Positions 62,279 to 64,000 of a stretch of DNA of 64,000 bases are shown here, in pieces; within the stretch, counting starts at the first letter, position 1; each line of letters starts with the position of its first letter. The notes under the pieces are model-generated. The model saw nothing but the letters and a program-made list of their open reading frames with translations, made no database searches and was not told the origin of the DNA. The translations under genes were made by a program, and so were the position numbers. The stretch lies in contig JBAZLK010000003.1 in NCBI GenBank assembly GCA_041650335.1, positions 57,765-121,764 of the forward strand. Reading direction: 5' to 3'. The DNA comes from Patescibacteria group bacterium (GTDB taxonomy: Bacteria; Patescibacteriota; Patescibacteriia; JAHIZJ01).

Positions 62279-64000
62279 ATGATACTTCGCAAAACAACAA
62301 AGCGCGTGGGGGGCGTATTCGCTATTCTGGCTGTCCTCTGGCTCTGCCTGGCTTCGTACCAGGCCACGGCCAGCGCCCCGGATCGCATTAGCGCTGAAAC
62401 GATTCAGCAAAATACTTTGGGTGAACAAGCACGTTCTCCTTTTTTAATTGGCACGGAATATCAATCGCCAGACATCATGTTGTCAAAAGCCGCCACGGTT
62501 TTCGGCTTTACCTGGCACGGTACCGTCACCGCGACTTTTTCCGTTCAATATAAAAACGATACCACATGGTCGGATTGGAAAAAAGTGCCGGCGATGGAGG
62601 GGGTCGGAAAAAATGACCTTTCTGGCACTGATCTGCTTTTTGTCAGTCCCACCACAACCTTCCGCTACCGCTATACCGCCAGCGAACCGCTAACCAATGT
62701 TCAGGCGTTCGCGCTCCGTGTCGACTCCCGGACTGGCGTTGTTAGTTGGCTCCAGCGATTTCTCCAGTCATTCGTACCCGCCAGCCACGCAAATACACCG
62801 ATCATTCCGCGCGCTGACTGGGGCGCGAATGAAGAAATCAGCTTTTGGGAACCAGAATACGCCCAACCTGAGAAAATTATCGTCCATCATACCGCCGGCG
62901 CTGACGGCAGCGTCAATCCCGAAACCGTCATCCAGTCAATCCAATACTGGCACGCCGTGGCGCTGGGCTGGGGCGACATCGGCTATAATTATCTGATCGA
63001 CGCCAACGGAAATATTTACGAAGGGCGCAAGGGTGGCGACGGCGTGATCGGCGCCCACGCCTATCGTAATAGCGCTTGCAACGAACAGCGTTTCGGCGGC
63101 GACCACGTCGGCGTCGACTTTAATCGCGGCACGATCGGCATTTCGCTGCTCGGAAATTATCAGGACGACGAGCCGACTGCCGCCGCGCTTGATTCGTTGA
63201 GCCGACTGATCGCTGACAAGGCGCATCGCTATGGCATTTCACCGATCGGCTTCTCAAATTTCCAGGATCTCGTGCACGTGCCGAATGTCCTCGGTCATAA
63301 GGACGTTGACTGTACGCTCTGCCCCGGAACGAACGTTGAGGATCGGCTCGTTTCAATACGGACGCTCAGCCAGCATTACTACGACGAGCTCGGCACGCCG
63401 GAGGCGACTACCCGAGCGAGCTTTGTCGCCGCCAGCGATCGTGATTTCAATCTTCAAACCCAGGAGACAATAACCCTGTGGGCGGATTTTAAAAACACCG
63501 GCACGTCAACCTGGCACAGGAATGACACTGTTCCGCTCATGCTGGCAGTAAGTCACGCCGGCTCGCCCTTGGCAGATTCCAGCTGGTTGTCCGACACCGC
63601 CGTCGCAAAATTACACACCGTCAGCGTCGCGCCGGGCGAAACCGGACGTTTTGAATTCACCATCACCGCGCCAAACGACCATCTCGAGGTGACCGAAACC
63701 TTTCAACTCGTCCAGGATGGATTAGCAATCGTCAATACGGATTTTCAGCTTGTTGTCCACGTGACCGGGCTGGACTGGGCGGCCCGGCCGAAAACCCAGG
63801 CCGTCAACGCAGCCAGCTTTCTGGGCGCGCGGCTGCCGACCAGCCTGACGTTTACGAATGCCGGCACACAAACGTGGACGCGCGATAATACCTACCTCTA
63901 TATCTATGACCTCGGCGACGCCACCAGCCGCTATCGTGACCGCGATTGGTCGGAACCGGATGGCAAAATATTGCTCAAACAGACAAGCGTAAAGCCTGGC
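62279..64000 (+). CDS. N-acetylmuramoyl-L-alanine amidase (Amidase_2/PGRP-like) with NBR1-type Ig domains; runs off the window end, not in the ORF track
   Basis: Signal peptide; IIPRADWGA, IIVHHTAG, GWGDIGYNYLID, IYEGR, GAHA, GISLLGNY, GHKD..TLCPG; then FKNTGTSTW...VAPGETGRFEF. Confidence 0.92.
   Translation, partial: MILRKTTKRVGGVFAILAVLWLCLASYQATASAPDRISAETIQQNTLGEQARSPFLIGTEYQSPDIMLSKAATVFGFTWHGTVTATFSVQYKNDTTWSDWKKVPAMEGVGKNDLSGTDLLFVSPTTTFRYRYTASEPLTNVQAFALRVDSRTGVVSWLQRFLQSFVPASHANTPIIPRADWGANEEISFWEPEYAQPEKIIVHHTAGADGSVNPETVIQSIQYWHAVALGWGDIGYNYLIDANGNIYEGRKGGDGVIGAHAYRNSACNEQRFGGDHVGVDFNRGTIGISLLGNYQDDEPTAAALDSLSRLIADKAHRYGISPIGFSNFQDLVHVPNVLGHKDVDCTLCPGTNVEDRLVSIRTLSQHYYDELGTPEATTRASFVAASDRDFNLQTQETITLWADFKNTGTSTWHRNDTVPLMLAVSHAGSPLADSSWLSDTAVAKLHTVSVAPGETGRFEFTITAPNDHLEVTETFQLVQDGLAIVNTDFQLVVHVTGLDWAARPKTQAVNAASFLGARLPTSLTFTNAGTQTWTRDNTYLYIYDLGDATSRYRDRDWSEPDGKILLKQTSVKPG

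Overview
This window looks like chromosomal DNA of a Patescibacteria (CPR) bacterium, probably a Parcubacteria/ABY1-type lineage. That is inferred from gene content: an rpsO-NYN-pnp cluster, a single Xer recombinase, pilin-like proteins, and many secreted proteins with Asn/Thr-rich linkers. The standard genetic code 11 fits. Core genes are pnp, rpsO, a Xer recombinase, tRNA-Arg(TCT), tRNA-His(GTG), NIF3-ruvB-queH-queA, Hsp20, a flippase/GT4/two O-antigen-ligase-like glycan locus, and cell-wall enzymes (SpoIID, amidase, M23, VanW). The most notable items are: (1) a 1445-aa fused activase/dehydratase with the architecture of the anaerobic ether-lipid enzymes PlsA-PlsR/Ger, next to a divergent archaeal-type (class II) GAPDH homolog; (2) an FNR-ApbE-ferric-reductase flavinylation operon with no canonical FMN-binding substrate but a Pro-rich tail ending in TTVS; (3) a promoter- and terminator-bounded ~300-nt highly structured candidate ncRNA at ~40066-40369; (4) a candidate leader-peptide attenuator upstream of a stand-alone RelA/SpoT-type HD hydrolase; (5) about 17 scattered genes with strong Shine-Dalgarno sites, mostly their own promoter/terminator, and often eroded catalytic motifs, contrasting with the mostly SD-less core genes. 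No CRISPR array, transposase or rRNA was seen. All family calls come from motif recognition by eye, not database searches.
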